In this document: positions 39,655 to 53,433 of the stretch, piece by piece
Position numbering within the stretch: the stretch's first letter is position 1
Layout of the letters: each line of letters begins with the position of its first letter
Source of the DNA: the human T2T-CHM13v2.0 reference genome, Homo sapiens
Strand: one strand, 5' to 3'
Length of the DNA: 64,000 bases
Assembly (NCBI RefSeq): GCF_009914755.1
Contig: NC_060942.1
The notes under the pieces: model-generated
What the model was told of the DNA's origin: nothing
Database searches by the model: none
What the model saw: only the letters and a program-made list of their open reading frames with translations
Translations under genes and position numbers: made by a program

Positions 39655-39895
39655 TGTGGCTTTAGAGCACAGGCTCTGGAGTTACATCTGTGTTCTGGGC
39701 ATGGTGCTGATATTGTCTAGGTGTGGCCTTGGGAAAGTTTCTTAACGTTCCCAAGCCTCAGTTTTCTTATATGAAAAAGGGAGATGATCACTATTCAGTC
39801 ATGGGGATGGATGAGGATTCAATAAGATGATGCAGAAGTTGTGGGTCTGCTGCATCATGAACGTTCAGTAAATGTTGGCTGTTATGATATTGCTA
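39655..39895 (+). mobile_element. MIR SINE
   Basis: agagcacaggctctggag...ccttgggaaagtt...cctcagttttcttatatgaaaa...gttcagtaaatgttggctg. Confidence 0.75.
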
Positions 39896-40774
39896 TTCCT
39901 TCTAACTTTACTCCCTTTCTTCTCCCCCTCCCTAGAACTTAAGCCCCTTTCCTCTGGTGCCATACATGCCATTAGCTTCACAGAAATATCTCATTGGTTC
40001 CTAGGGCTTGTATATCAGTCCCAGGGACATTGTGTAGTTAGACAGGAGACAGTGAGGGAACAGGAACTTGGAAGTTTCCGGTTCTGAGCCTGCCTCCCAT
40101 CCCGCCTGTTGCCTTTGCTGGGCCTACTCTTTACCAAGTGCAGAGCCAAGGGCTGAGGATTTCTGTCTCCCATTGGGACGTAGGGGGTGAATGAGTTAAC
40201 ATTTACAAAGTGCTCTGAGCTCCTAGGAGAAAAGGCACAATCTAAGTATTCTCATTAGTGCATTAATAATAGATGAGCATAAAGCACTTTACAAATATGC
40301 AGTTCTTTAGCAATGCTAAATAATACTTCCACCAAGCTACCTGTGAGTAGAGGGGCTGGTTCTTGAGGCTCTCATGGCCCTAGTCTTGGCTGTCACTAAT
40401 GCAGAGTGTGATCTAGGCAAAATCACTTTCCCTTCCAGGTCTCAGAACAGACGGGTCAGAATGGATGACGTCAAAGGCATCTCTTAATTTAGTGCCACTT
40501 TTTAGGGTTCTTTATTTAGATGGAGAAATGACTACAGCTGGAGTCAGAGCAGTCATTTGTGGGAGGGCATGATGACGTCTCTAAAGCAATGCCAGCTGTT
40601 GGGCAGAGATTCCAAGCAGTGGCTGCACCTGCTTCCTCTCCCTCCTTTGTGTCACTGAGAACAGGCTTGCCTTTTCTCTAGGGTAGGGGTGGGAGTCCTT
40701 GCCCCCAGGACTGTGGCCAAAAGATCTGTTGGATCTGAGTGCTAGAAAATACTTTACAACCATATTCCTTTAAA

Positions 40775-41645
<871 letters not shown>

Positions 41646-42389
41646 AATGACCATATCCCTTTATTCTCCAAAGATGGAGTTGGATGAGAATCTTTGGTGA
41701 CCTCAGATTCTCCACTCTGCATGGTTATTTCCATCAAAGGCCTCTGCCCTCCCCTGTATTCACTAAATTATGACCCTGAAGATAATTTGCATTTCATCCA
41801 GAGGAATACGTAATTTTAGAATTTGGAGCTTAGATGGGACTTTAGAGACTTGCTACTCAATGGAGGTATGCTTTGATTTGGACACATCCAGGGCCTAGAA
41901 GCTCATAGCAGTACAGTGTAAACTGTCCTGAGGGTAGGGCAACTCTAATTAGAGGTATCAAGCTAAAATTGACCCCCTTAATTTTACCCTTGGTCCAGTG
42001 GGACAACACACACACAAGCCACACATAGCCATTCTGGTATTTTATGTCAAGTCTTCTCTCCAGCCCACACATTTGGTTTTGACCACTCCTTACCAGAAAC
42101 TTCTCACTACCACTGGCTTCAGAGGTGAAATTTGGTGTGTGGTACCTTTTCAGAATCCTTGATATCCTAAACAGATGCCTGGATTACTTCACCTATGCCG
42201 GTTTCCTTGGCTCACTCAAAATATGGACAGGTCCCACCTACTTTAAACACAGTTTTCTGCTCCTTGACAGTCTTTCAGATACGTTTGGGGAAATCACAAA
42301 CTAGTAAGGGGATGATCTTTCCTGCAGGATATACACAAGAAAAGAGATCTTTCAAGGGAATGCCGGGTTACATGTCATATCTGCTAAGA

Positions 42390-42930
42390 TGTGTGCGGCT
42401 GCAAGTAACAATGTCTAGAGTAATAAAGACATTTAACGAGCTCACATAACCAAGAGCTGGACTGTTTTAGCTTTGGTGTTGGGGCTCAGTGGTGCCATCC
42501 AGGAACCAGGCTCTTTCTATGTGACCCTAGCTTGTTGTCTTTTAATTCTTAAACTTACTGCCTCATGGTCACAAGTAGCTGCCTCAGTTCTAAATAGAAA
42601 ATCCTTACATACTATGGATTAAGGTAGGAAGAAATGGAAGCCTTCATTCTTATCTCTGTCTCCTTTTTTTAACAGGAAAAAAACCATTCTTCCAGGAGAG
42701 GCTCCTCCAAGCAAACTTCCCCTTACATCTCTTACCAGAACTGGGTCACATGCTCCCATCTAAAACAACCACTGGCCATTAGAAATGGTGTTACCATGCC
42801 TGTCTTGGACCAATCACATTTGATCCTCTGAGGATAGAGACATGTTGCCACCTGAACAACTGTGGGGTGCTGTACTCCTGGCAAGCAGGGAGAATGGCTG
42901 TGGCTAGGCAACTGACAGCATCTACCACAA
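42390..42930. mobile_element. Old MaLR/ERVL-type LTR remnant
   Basis: ggctgcaagtaaca, ccagaactgggtcacatgc and taggcaactgacagcatctaccaca are typical of old MLT1-like LTRs. Confidence 0.45.
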
Positions 42931-43209
42931 ATATGTTACTCAGAAGAAGAATCGAGGATGGCCATAATTTTTATTTAAAGATTTCTATTTTACAGAGGCA
43001 TATCTGATTAAGGGACATTTAAACTTCCCTGTTAAACTTATCAAGACAAAAAGACAAGGCATCTTGCCACATTTCTTAAATATTCTCTGCAGTCTCTCTT
43101 GACCTTTTCCCAGCTGTGCTGTAAACATAAAGATAATAACATATCTGAATAACATTTTATGGTGCACAGATAATTTTCACATACATTATCCATTTGACCC
43201 TCACCATAA

Positions 43210-43545
<336 letters not shown>

Positions 43546-43699
43546 ACTTTTCATTAATTTTTATTGGACTTAGGATTAGAAGGATGAGCAAATCCTACTA
43601 CTTAGTGCGTGGAATACTGGCATCTATTGTTTTTGCTTGGCTCCTCTCTTGTTTTAATAATTAACTAATCGATCCATTCTCTTTTATTGCCATCTCCCA

Positions 43700-44180
43700 C
43701 TCACACTTTTTCCTCCACATAGGCAATCATTCTAAATATGTCCAATGTTTATCTTATTTGTATGCGTATTTATAAAGTGAATATTTTGTTTAGTGTGTAT
43801 GCAGTTTCGTTTGCATAAATTGTAATATTCTGTGAATCTCATTCTGTTTTGTACTTTTTTCATTCTGCTCTGTTTTTAGAAGTGATCCATGTTGCTATGT
43901 GTATCTACTCCATTGCCTTTAAATGCTGCATAATACTCCACGGTGTTTGTCGATCATGTTTTACTCATCTTTGCCCCCTAGTGGAAACCATGATGGCCTC
44001 CAACTCTGCACACAAATAGTTTCAAACAAGAACCGCTGGTGAAATGTGACTGCTGATGGACCTGGGTGGGAATTTCTCTGGGATGCCGACTAAAAAGCAT
44101 GGTGGCTGGGTCATAAAATGCACACTTAATTTGAATAAGTGCCACCCAGTGGCTCTCCACAAAGCCTGCACTAGTCCATT
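43700..44180 (-). mobile_element. Ancient L1ME-type fragment
   Basis: atccatgttgctatgtg...aatttctctggga...gctgggtcata...tgccacccagtggctctcca. Confidence 0.55.
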
Positions 44181-44667
44181 CTACTAGAAATTATTCACAT
44201 TTAACTGGAAACTGGGTCTTGGAGATGTTAAGTAACTTGCTCAAGCTCACATAAGGAGTAAAAGTGAATTAGGACATCCAGGACCCAAATCCAGGCCTTG
44301 TAACTTCAGGTCAATTTTATTTTCCAGGGCACCACCCTCTAAGTCTCTGGATCATAATATGGAGCACTAATAAAAAGATTTCTTGAGGCTTTTGTTATTT
44401 ACATAATGAATTTCAGAAATGGCTTACTGGTGCTACTGGCAAGTTGCAGGCAGAAGAAAGAATGAAAGCGAATGGGCATCTCATGTTCTATTCTCTGATT
44501 CAACCTGTTTTGGGTCCCTTTTGACTGCTTTACCACAGTTGCTATTACATTATTTTGGGAAGTATTTAAAAAAGAAGAGAAAGTGCTGGATATCTGAACT
44601 CCTTTCCTCCAGTCTGCCATGGGCCAAAATGTAGTACCACCATGCCTGACTAGAAAGTAAAAGAGGA

Positions 44668-44830
44668 ATCATAGAATCAGATAGTGTTATAACCAGAATG
44701 GGCCTTACAGACCATTTAGTCTAGTCCTCCCATTTTATAGATGAGAAAATGGAGGCCCAGAGAGAGGAAGACAGTTGCCTGAGGTCACACAGCTGGAAGG
44801 AGAGCAGGATGGGCACCCAGGCTTTCTGAA
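44668..44830 (-). mobile_element. MIR SINE
   Basis: cccattttatagatgagaaaatggaggcccagagag...gaggtcacacagct. Confidence 0.75.
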
Positions 44831-44842
44831 AACCAGTCTCTT

Positions 44843-45327
44843 TGATGCAGGTGAACCCCCACATTGGGGCTCAGCTCAAGAGGGTTCTTAGCTTTGCTCA
44901 GGAAGGAATTCAAGAGTGAGCTGACAGTTAAAGAAAGCAAGTTTTTAGAGCAATAGTGTACAGCAAAATGGCTGCTCCACAGACAGAGCAGGGCCATCCC
45001 ATAGGCAGAGTAGCACTTGTGCATTGCTGGCTAGCTCTATTTATAGCTGCTCCTAATTATATGCTAAATAAGCGGTGGGTTATTCACAGATTTTCTAGAA
45101 AAGGTGTGGGGAATTTCCAGAACTGATGGTTCCTTCCTCTTTAAACCATGTAAGGTAACTTCTGGGTTTTGCCATGACATCAACTGTCATGGTGCTGGTG
45201 GGAAGTGTTTTACAGCATGCAAATGTATTATAATTCCTAGTCCTAACTGCTTTTGGCTGGTTCCTTTGCTACATCCTGTTTTGATCAGCAGTGTCATGAA
45301 AACAAGTCCTGTTCATCTCCTACCTCT
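44843..45327 (-). mobile_element. ERV1 solo LTR, MER83-like
   Basis: The reverse strand starts GAGGTAGGAGATGAACAGGACTTGTTTTC...CTGATCAAAACAGGATGTAGCAAAG and ends ...GGGGTTCACCTGCATCA; family recalled from memory. Confidence 0.65.
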
Positions 45328-45433
45328 CCTTGCCCTTTCCACTTTTCTGCACACAGCAACTTTCACCTGCGCACCCAGGAATCCACACTTTAAGTCTTAA
45401 CAACCTGAGGTGTTGTTGAGAAAAAACTACAAA

Positions 45434-46220
45434 CAGTGGTGCGCTGGCAAATCTTTAACAATCACCTGGGGTGGGGTGGGGTGTGGATAAACAAGCCTTA
45501 TTTGTAGCATATGGCCAATTTCAAGCTGCCAAAGTGCTGTCACTGAACGTGAAGTAGTGGGAGCAGGGCAGCAGAGGGCCACCAATCAGAGGCATTTCCA
45601 CCAAACAGATGCAATTGGCATAAGTAACTGCAAGGGCACGGACAACCGCAAGGTCTGCTAAAAGGATTAGGAAGTGATGAGTTTTGAGTGTTTATTACTT
45701 TTGGTTTTAGTGTAACTTATTTGTAAGCTTACATAATTTAATGTCTAATAAGGGCAATGTTTAACAATCACTCATGAAATTCCTGAAAATTGAACTGATA
45801 CGGTTTGGCTGTGTCCAAACCAAATCTCATCTCAAATTGTAATCTGAATTATAATCTCCACGTGTTGGGGAGGTATCTGGTGGGAGGTGATTGGATCGGG
45901 GAGGGGGGGATTCCCCCACGATGTTCTCATGATTGTGAATGAGTTCTCACGAGATCTGTTGGCTTTATAAGTGGTGGTTTCCCCTGTTCTCGCTCTTTCC
46001 TGCTGCCTTGTGAGGAAGGTACTTGCTTCTCCTTTGCCTTGTGCCGTGATTGTAAGTTTCCTGAGGCCTCCCCAACCATGCAGAACTGTGAGTCAATTAA
46101 ACCTCTTTTCTTTAAAAATTACCCAGTCTTGAACAGTTCTTTATAGCAGTGTGAAAACGGACTAATACGTGAATACTCAGCTCTCCTGAGCTTATGCGAG
46201 TCAGCCCCAAGACAACATTG
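45434..46220 (-). mobile_element. MER63-like hAT DNA transposon, split by a THE1 LTR
   Basis: Ends cagtggtgcgctgg / ccaagacaacattg; 8-bp TSD-like actacaaa / gctataaa; internal ggaagtgatgagttttgag. Confidence 0.7.
45796..46169 (+). mobile_element. THE1 (D-like) MaLR solo LTR
   Basis: tgatacggtttggctgtgtcc...cagaactgtgagtcaattaaacctc...ggactaatac; 5-bp TSD tgaac/tgaat. Confidence 0.88.
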
Positions 46221-47389
46221 GCTATAAAGGAATGAAGCCAGCTTCTCGGTGTAGCAACCCGCCTTCCTAGTTTATAAACTTGTCCTGATTCTTCTGCATA
46301 CTCTTTGGTGGAAACATAAAATATGAATATAGTGGAAAAGAGGGGCAAAAGATAAATGAGTTATTCTGGAGATAAACTTTCTGTGTAGTGGAAGTCTTAG
46401 CTCTGTAAGCTCCGAAGCTATGATGGTTTTAACTTTTATTGATGAACTTTGAAAAGAGTTGTGTTGCATTCTTTCCTACCTCATTACACGTGAGACATTA
46501 TGGCTTATTACTTTTTTATGAAGAACCCAGGACATGTTGAAGTGTGCAAATCTATTTTCCCTTGGAATACATGACCTCAAACTGCTAGGCTGTTGGGGCC
46601 TTTGGACTTGCTTTTTAGAGTTTTGCTTTTTAGAGTTTTTTTTCTTGCTCACTTTCCAGAAGCTCTGACTTCTTTTTACTGTCAGTGTGTCTGCCTCTAT
46701 CTTTTCCCTCCTCTTTCTAATTGACTAGAGAACTAGACTTATTAGAATCATTTAAAAATGTCAGTAATCTGTTGCAATACAGGCCTATTGAGAAAAACAT
46801 GTAAATTTTAGTGCATGGATCTTGCGATATTTATTTTGGATGCTCAGATACCTTTTGCAATAACTTCTGGTTTTTGTAGAATTTCTGGAGAGGTGATATT
46901 ACTAGATTACTGTGTTTCAGATCAGTGAGTATTGCTACAGTAATGTTGTTATATATAATTATATACTATATCACCATGCATGAATTCCATTATAAGAGGA
47001 AAATTCATCTCTGGGCCAGGAAATATGTCATGTAAAAAGTAGAGCAGTCCTGGACTGTATTTTGAGGAACCCAGTAACACTACTGGAACATGAAGTGGTC
47101 CATATGGTGAACTTTGCAAAATACAGTAAGACTTAAATGGTCAAGTTTGGGGCATGCCTCCTTGCTCTAAAAATGGTGGTGCTTCGTCTCCTTAAACACA
47201 GACACAGGCAATGGATGGGGAAGGGAGATCCAGTGATTGAGAGTTTTCCCCTGCTGGAGGCAGGGAGGTCCCTCCACACATCTGCCCATCCTGGGAGTGC
47301 TGCTTGCTGGGGCTGAGAAAGGAAGTAGATTGCACCTGGCAACCTGGCTCTGCCCTTCTCTGTGACATTGGGACCACCAGAAAGGTTCT

Positions 47390-47797
47390 TGGTATGATTT
47401 GGATTTGTGTCCCTGCCCATATTGAATTGTAATCCCCAGTGTTGGAGGAGGGGACTTGTGGGAGTTGATTAGATCATGTGGGGTGGATTTCCGCCTTGCT
47501 GTTCTTGTGATAGTGAGTGACTTCTCATAGATCTGGTTGTTTGAAAGTGCGTAGCACCTCCCCTTTCTCTCTCTTCCTCCTGCTCCAGCCATGTTAGACT
47601 TGCCTGCTTCCCTTTCACCTCCCACCATGATTGAAAGTTTCCTGAGGCCGCCTCCCCAAGCCATGCAGCCTTGCAGAACTGTACAGCCTTGCAGAACTGT
47701 ACAGCCTGCAGAACTGTGAGCCAATTAAACCTGTTTTCTTTATAAATTACCCAGTCTCAGGTGTTTCTTTATAGCAGTGTGAGAACGGACTAATACA
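47390..47797 (+). mobile_element. MSTA/THE1-type MaLR solo LTR
   Basis: tggtatgatttggatttgtgtcc...ccaattaaacctg...gaacggactaataca. Confidence 0.88.
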
Positions 47798-49299
47798 GCC
47801 CCCTACCCTTGTTTCACCAGCCCGGTCATTCCTTTGCATATAACTGAGAAAGAGACGTTAGGGCATTGTCCAACTGATTTCAAAGCAGTGGTTTTCCATG
47901 CTTCTGTTGTCTTCTCCAGCTGCAGGAAAGCAGCCTCAGTGCTGATGGAGGAATCAGCCTCTTCCATGCAGAAAAAGGACTCCCCACTGTAGTTCCAATA
48001 TCTCCCTCACAAATTCACCTCTCGTTTCTTTGGAGCCTTCGAGCTTTTGGGAATTCTCAGGTCTAGTGAGGGAGGCCTCATTACACTTCCTTAAGCCCTT
48101 ATTAACTCCTTGAGGAGACTCATGTGATGAGCTGTGGCACAGAAGCCAGGTCCAGGGTTAAGGTGCTCTAAGGGGAGCAATTGCCAGGAGGTGAGAAGCA
48201 CAAAGACAAACTTTCTTTCCTGTGCTGGCCCCGGGCTGTATGCTGTTGATATCATTTGGGTAACTTCTATGAAGTCTCTGAGCTGGGGTCACCCTACATG
48301 GGGCAGCAGGGAGCCCAGTAGCGAGGGTTTGCTCCCCTACAACCCCCCTCATGAGCCTAATTAACAAGTTGGGTCCTTTCCAGCTCCTTCTGGCGGTTCC
48401 AGCGGGGCTGGGCTCCACTGGGGGTGGGCAGACAGTCTTACTTTAAGCAGGGTATTGATCCTCACGTGGTCCTGGTGCCCCTCTTGGGGGAGCACTCTCG
48501 TGTTTTAAGTGCATGCAGTTACTCTCTTGACTGGCTTGTAAACAGGTTTTAATGGGGCTATTAGTGTAAAAGGACAGGAAACTTTCAAAAACAGGCTCTT
48601 AAATATTCATGAGGATGTTAAATCTGGTGCTTAATCACCAGTGTTTGTACACAGCTAACAGGGAGGGAGGACAGCTAACAGGCTGCCTTCACTCTGAACA
48701 ATTGACAGGGCATTAATAAACGCTCTTACAGCCATGATTAATGGCCCAGAGAACAGGACTTCTTTTTTTTTTTTTTTTTTTTTTTAAACAAAAGGAGCCT
48801 CTGTCCTTTGGGGACTCCTGTTCTTGGGGGAGTGTCCACGTGGGGATGGGATTCAGGGGAACATGGAGGCTGGACAGAACAAAGTCCCTTCATAGTCAGC
48901 TGGACTCCCCTTCTGACTGTCTGTTTCCTGGAGCATGGCTTCCACAGGGGAAACTTTTAAACTTAAGCAGAGGCTCTCAGGAGAATTCCCTACCTGGAGA
49001 ATCCTTAACTCAACCTTGAGAAGACCCATGAGGGAGTCACATGGCTTGGTGAGCTGTGACCAGCTGCTTCCTCAGAACCTGCCTCACATCCTTTCAGACT
49101 TGAGTTAAATGCAGGTGAAGATGGTTGACTATGGCCCAGGGGTCTCTTGCAAGCAGCCCCACCTCTCCCCACCTTTCTAAGGTGCATTTTAATTTCTGGA
49201 GAGGCATCTTTCTCTAACTTGTCTCTGTGACATTTAATGTAGAACCCCTATTGGAAAGTGAGTGGGGGGACTGCTTTTTAATTGGTAAGTGATCTGCAC

Positions 49300-49470
49300 T
49301 GTTAAGCTTCTGGAATGGACCTTGGAGATTTTCTAGGCCAGTCCCCACTCCTTCCAGATGAGGAAACTGAGGCACAGAGAGGTGAAGCAACTTGTCCAAG
49401 GTCAAATACTGAGGGAGTGGCAGAGTTAGCACTGGACACTGGATACCCTGAGTCCTGGTCCACGAACTCT
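49300..49470 (-). mobile_element. MIR SINE
   Basis: cagatgaggaaactgaggcacagagaggtgaagcaacttgtccaaggtca. Confidence 0.75.
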
Positions 49471-50974
49471 TTTCATGGTACCCCTGTACCAGTGTGATGT
49501 GACTTTTCCAGGTAGAGCCAGGGAACACCCCACTGACTTCCTTCAGAAGTGGTACAGGCTTGAAAGCCTGCTCAGTCCCAAGCATGGCAAGACTGTGCTA
49601 ATAAAACCAAAGCCAGGTTAAGCACAGAGTCCTGGGAAACATCTGTTTCTGTGTGGTGGGAAACCCCAGCCTCATTATCTGAGACCAACTCAGAAATTCA
49701 AACCTGTTTCCTCCCCACAAGTACCAGTTGGGATTTTCAGTTGACAAGTTCCATTTACAAATGAAATCAAGGTGACCTCCCCTGCATAAAGTAAAATCTA
49801 TAAAAGCTGTCTTCATGGATCTGGAAAAACCCTACTGTGTTTTATAATGGTAGATCAGGGCAAAGAAGTCGGTGTCTTCCACAATACCCTTCTCAGCCTC
49901 CAGCCCTTACTGCCCACATCCCACATGCTTCTATCAAGCCTTTCCTGTGCACAAGCCACCGAATTACAGGTTGTGGTGGGGAGGGATGCCATGAAGATGT
50001 ATAGCAAGTGTCACTATCCCCAAGGTACTCTTCCTCCAGCTAGCAATTTGACTTTAGGGCTGTGTCAGAAAACCAAATGCAGTATCTGGCTGAGTATTTT
50101 TGCAAATATCACTTTAATTATCTCATACTACTGCTCAAGAATTCAGTGGTTCCCACTACATCTGGGTCCCGCCCAGGCAGGCTCTCCTCTGCATGGCCAG
50201 GTTGCTTCCCCTTAAAACCAAACACATCCTTTCTTTTGAATCAGTGGAGCAGGGCACAGTCTACAGACAAGATGGATATGATTCTTAATCATGAGTTTGT
50301 TCAGAAACTCAGTGCAACTTTTTTTTTCTTTATGGAATGCCAACCAGGAATGAAAAATCAGCCTCTCTTGCTAAACAGTTTGCGTTAATGACTTCCATCA
50401 GAGCCAATCTATTGATTTTTTTTTTAAACAAAACTCCACTTGTCTCTTTCATCTGGATATATAGCTGGTAGGTATTGTTGGTAAAGCAACCAATGTGAGA
50501 AATAGTTTCCTCTTCAAAATTAGAATGAATGTATTTTGACAGTTTTTACCAATAATTGTTTCAATGTTTGGTACAAATGCTGAGCACAGATGAAACTTAA
50601 ACCACAGTAGAATTGGACTATTTTCTCAATGGAAGGTTGACTGTCAGTTGTATGAAGTATAAGGATGGATTTCTATGTCTTGTTAAGTTACTAAACTGAT
50701 ACCAAATGTTAGACAATGTAACATTGATTTCACAGAACACAACTTTGAATTGACATTATGCCTCTTATAGCAAAGTCTTCTATTATATAACATTGTTTTT
50801 GGCTGGTTTGTTTAATCAGTCAAATGTAGTAGGATTCAGCATGGTTCACTGAAAACACTTGTACCAGGATGTAGGAAATTTAGTGCTACTCCTATTAGTC
50901 CCATTAAATTATTGTACCCATCTTCCTCACCTGTAAAATAGGTATAGAAAAAAGGACACATCAATCTGTTGTTT

Positions 50975-51895
50975 CAAGTGAAGTAATGCATTTATCTACT
51001 TGCTGTTTCCATTCGATATCTCCCAGGCATCTTAAAATGAAACTTTCCCATATTGAACATAGAATCTCCCCCTGCAAACCTAGTCCTTCTCTAGCATTCT
51101 CAGGTCAGTCATGGCATCACAAACTACTCAGGTGCTTATGCTGGAAACTGGAATCATCCCCCAACCCATTGTAGTGAATCAATAACACATTCTATTCTGT
51201 CTTTTAAGTAACTCTCAAATCTATTCCCTCCACTGAGCAGCCTAGTCCAAGCCATTTCATCTCTTGCCTGAATGAAGACAGTTACCTTCTTACTCTTCTG
51301 CCACACCCACCATTGTCTCCTCTAGTTTGTGTACCATCCCCACCCCACACAGCAGCCAGAGCTATTCTTTTAAAATGTAAAGCCACTTGCATCCCTCTCT
51401 TAATTATGGCTGTCTATTGGCTGTCTCAGACTGGGTACATGGCTCATCAGGCCATGACAGTCTTGTCCCTACCTTCCCCTTCAGTCTCAATTTCACCCCA
51501 GTCCATTCCAGCCACACCACCCTCTTCTGTTCCTTCTATGCTGCTTTTAAGACCCGGAGCCTTCACACAGACACTTCCTCTGTGGGAGGCTCATTCATCC
51601 CGTCGGTGCCTGGATGACTAATCTTTCGGACTTCAGGAGAGATACCAAATGCTAAGAGGAGACTTCTTCCTTTCACTCTCATTCTCCAGTAACATGGATT
51701 CCTCTCATCACTGTATTCTGTAGCATTTGTTGAAACTATATTTCAAATATTTAGTTGTGGAATTATTTGGACTGTAAGCTCCATGAGGTCAAAAATTGAC
51801 CACTTTGTTTACCCCTGTACCCTCAGTGCCTTGACAAAGTGCTTGTCACATAGTAGAAAGAGAACAGGATGGCCACATACATGAATGAATGATTA
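50975..51895 (+). mobile_element. L2 LINE 3' fragments
   Basis: cctagtccaagccatttcatctcttgcctgaa, cacacagcagccagagctattcttttaaaatg, ctgtaagctccatgagg...atgaatgaatga. Confidence 0.7.
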
Positions 51896-53299
51896 AACAC
51901 CCAATGCCAGTACAAATCCAAGTTATTTTCATGCTTGTGTTCACGGGACACCAAATTAAGTGGAGAGATAAGATGTATCTAATGAGCTGGAAGTTGTGGG
52001 GTGGTAAGAAACTCGTGTTGAACTAGTTTAAATATTAAAGGGGAGTTTATTAGTCCCTGTAGCCTAACTGTAGGAAGGGCAGGGCTGGAGTTGGCTACAG
52101 GTGCTCCAAAGATGGCAGCCAATTTCTCTCTGCCTTTTATCCTCTGTCTCTGACTCTCTCATTCTTGCTTGCCTTCACTCTTTAATGCAGAGAGATTTCT
52201 CCATGAGGTAGAAAAAGAAAAAGTGTGCATACAGAGCCCCAGATTCACAACTTTTTAGTCTTTCTTGCCAGGAAAACCTTCAGGAGGAATTCTGATTGAC
52301 TCTTATTTGGGCCACAGTCTCATTGCTGGTCACTGTGTCTGCTATTCCCACTGTGGCCAAGGGGATAGAGCCATCACTAGTCAATCCCAAAGCTTCTGAG
52401 GCTAGAGTCTATTATCAGAAGGGTAGGCTGGCATCTGGAGTTGGGGAAAAGTCCCAGGCAGTTAAAGACAGTGGCCACCATAAAGTATGAATTCTGCAGG
52501 AACAGAGACCAGGTAATATGGGTTGCAATGTTCATAGATTGAGCCTCGATTTTTCTGGCTCCTGATATAGCTTAGGTTCATCAGAAAACCTGGAGCAGAG
52601 GCAGCTTTACCTGCTCATAGAGTGGACAGCCAGCCTCTTGAAATTCTATGAAAGAAGTCATTCTTTGGGGGTAGAATGAGAGTCCTCAATAGAGCCAGTA
52701 GCAACCAGCTCTAGTCCAAATATTGTTCTCTCTTATTTTTGGGAAATTAGCAGTGGAGATTATAGACATGAAAAGGCAATGGGGATCCTTCCTGATGGCA
52801 GTTGAATTAATAGGTGAGGAATTTGAAATATTCCCACCAATCCTCCATAGCCTGATTAAATGCTCTTCTTTCCCCCCACAAGGACTAATAGTTAAAGTCC
52901 TATTCATAGAACTCATATGAGAATTCAGTGAGCTAATACACATGAAGCCCTTAGAATGGCACTGCACACTCTAAGCACTCAGTAAGTTTTAGCTATTATC
53001 ATCATGGTAAGACAAGAGGGAGACTATGAACACAGTGGCTACCAAAAAAAGATGTCACAACCTCTTCTGACGTCTGCATCCCCTGAGTCTGCATCCATAT
53101 TTCACTTGACACATGTAACTTTTACTTTAAGAACTTGCTTGGGAACCAGACTATGGGAATTTCTAGTCCAAAACCACTGTGCTGGGGCGGGGTTATCTAG
53201 GTATGACCATTTTTCACCTGAGTTCCTATAACAGCTTTGCAAAATTTAGATTGTGATTGTAACATTCTGTGCTGAATGCTCACTGCTAAAGCCTGTGAA

Positions 53300-53433
53300 A
53301 GAGGGTTTTCCCCAATCTCCTCCTGAGAGATTCTGAGTCAGTAGGTCAGGGTGAGCGGCCCAGGAATGTGGATGTGTTCAGTGGTTCTCCTCTCCTGCAA
53401 GTGGTTCCAGAGACCATGGTTTGAGAAACACTG
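53300..53433. mobile_element. MER5A-like hAT fragment
   Basis: gagattctgagtcagtaggtcaggg...cccaggaatgtg...tttgagaaacactg. Confidence 0.6.
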
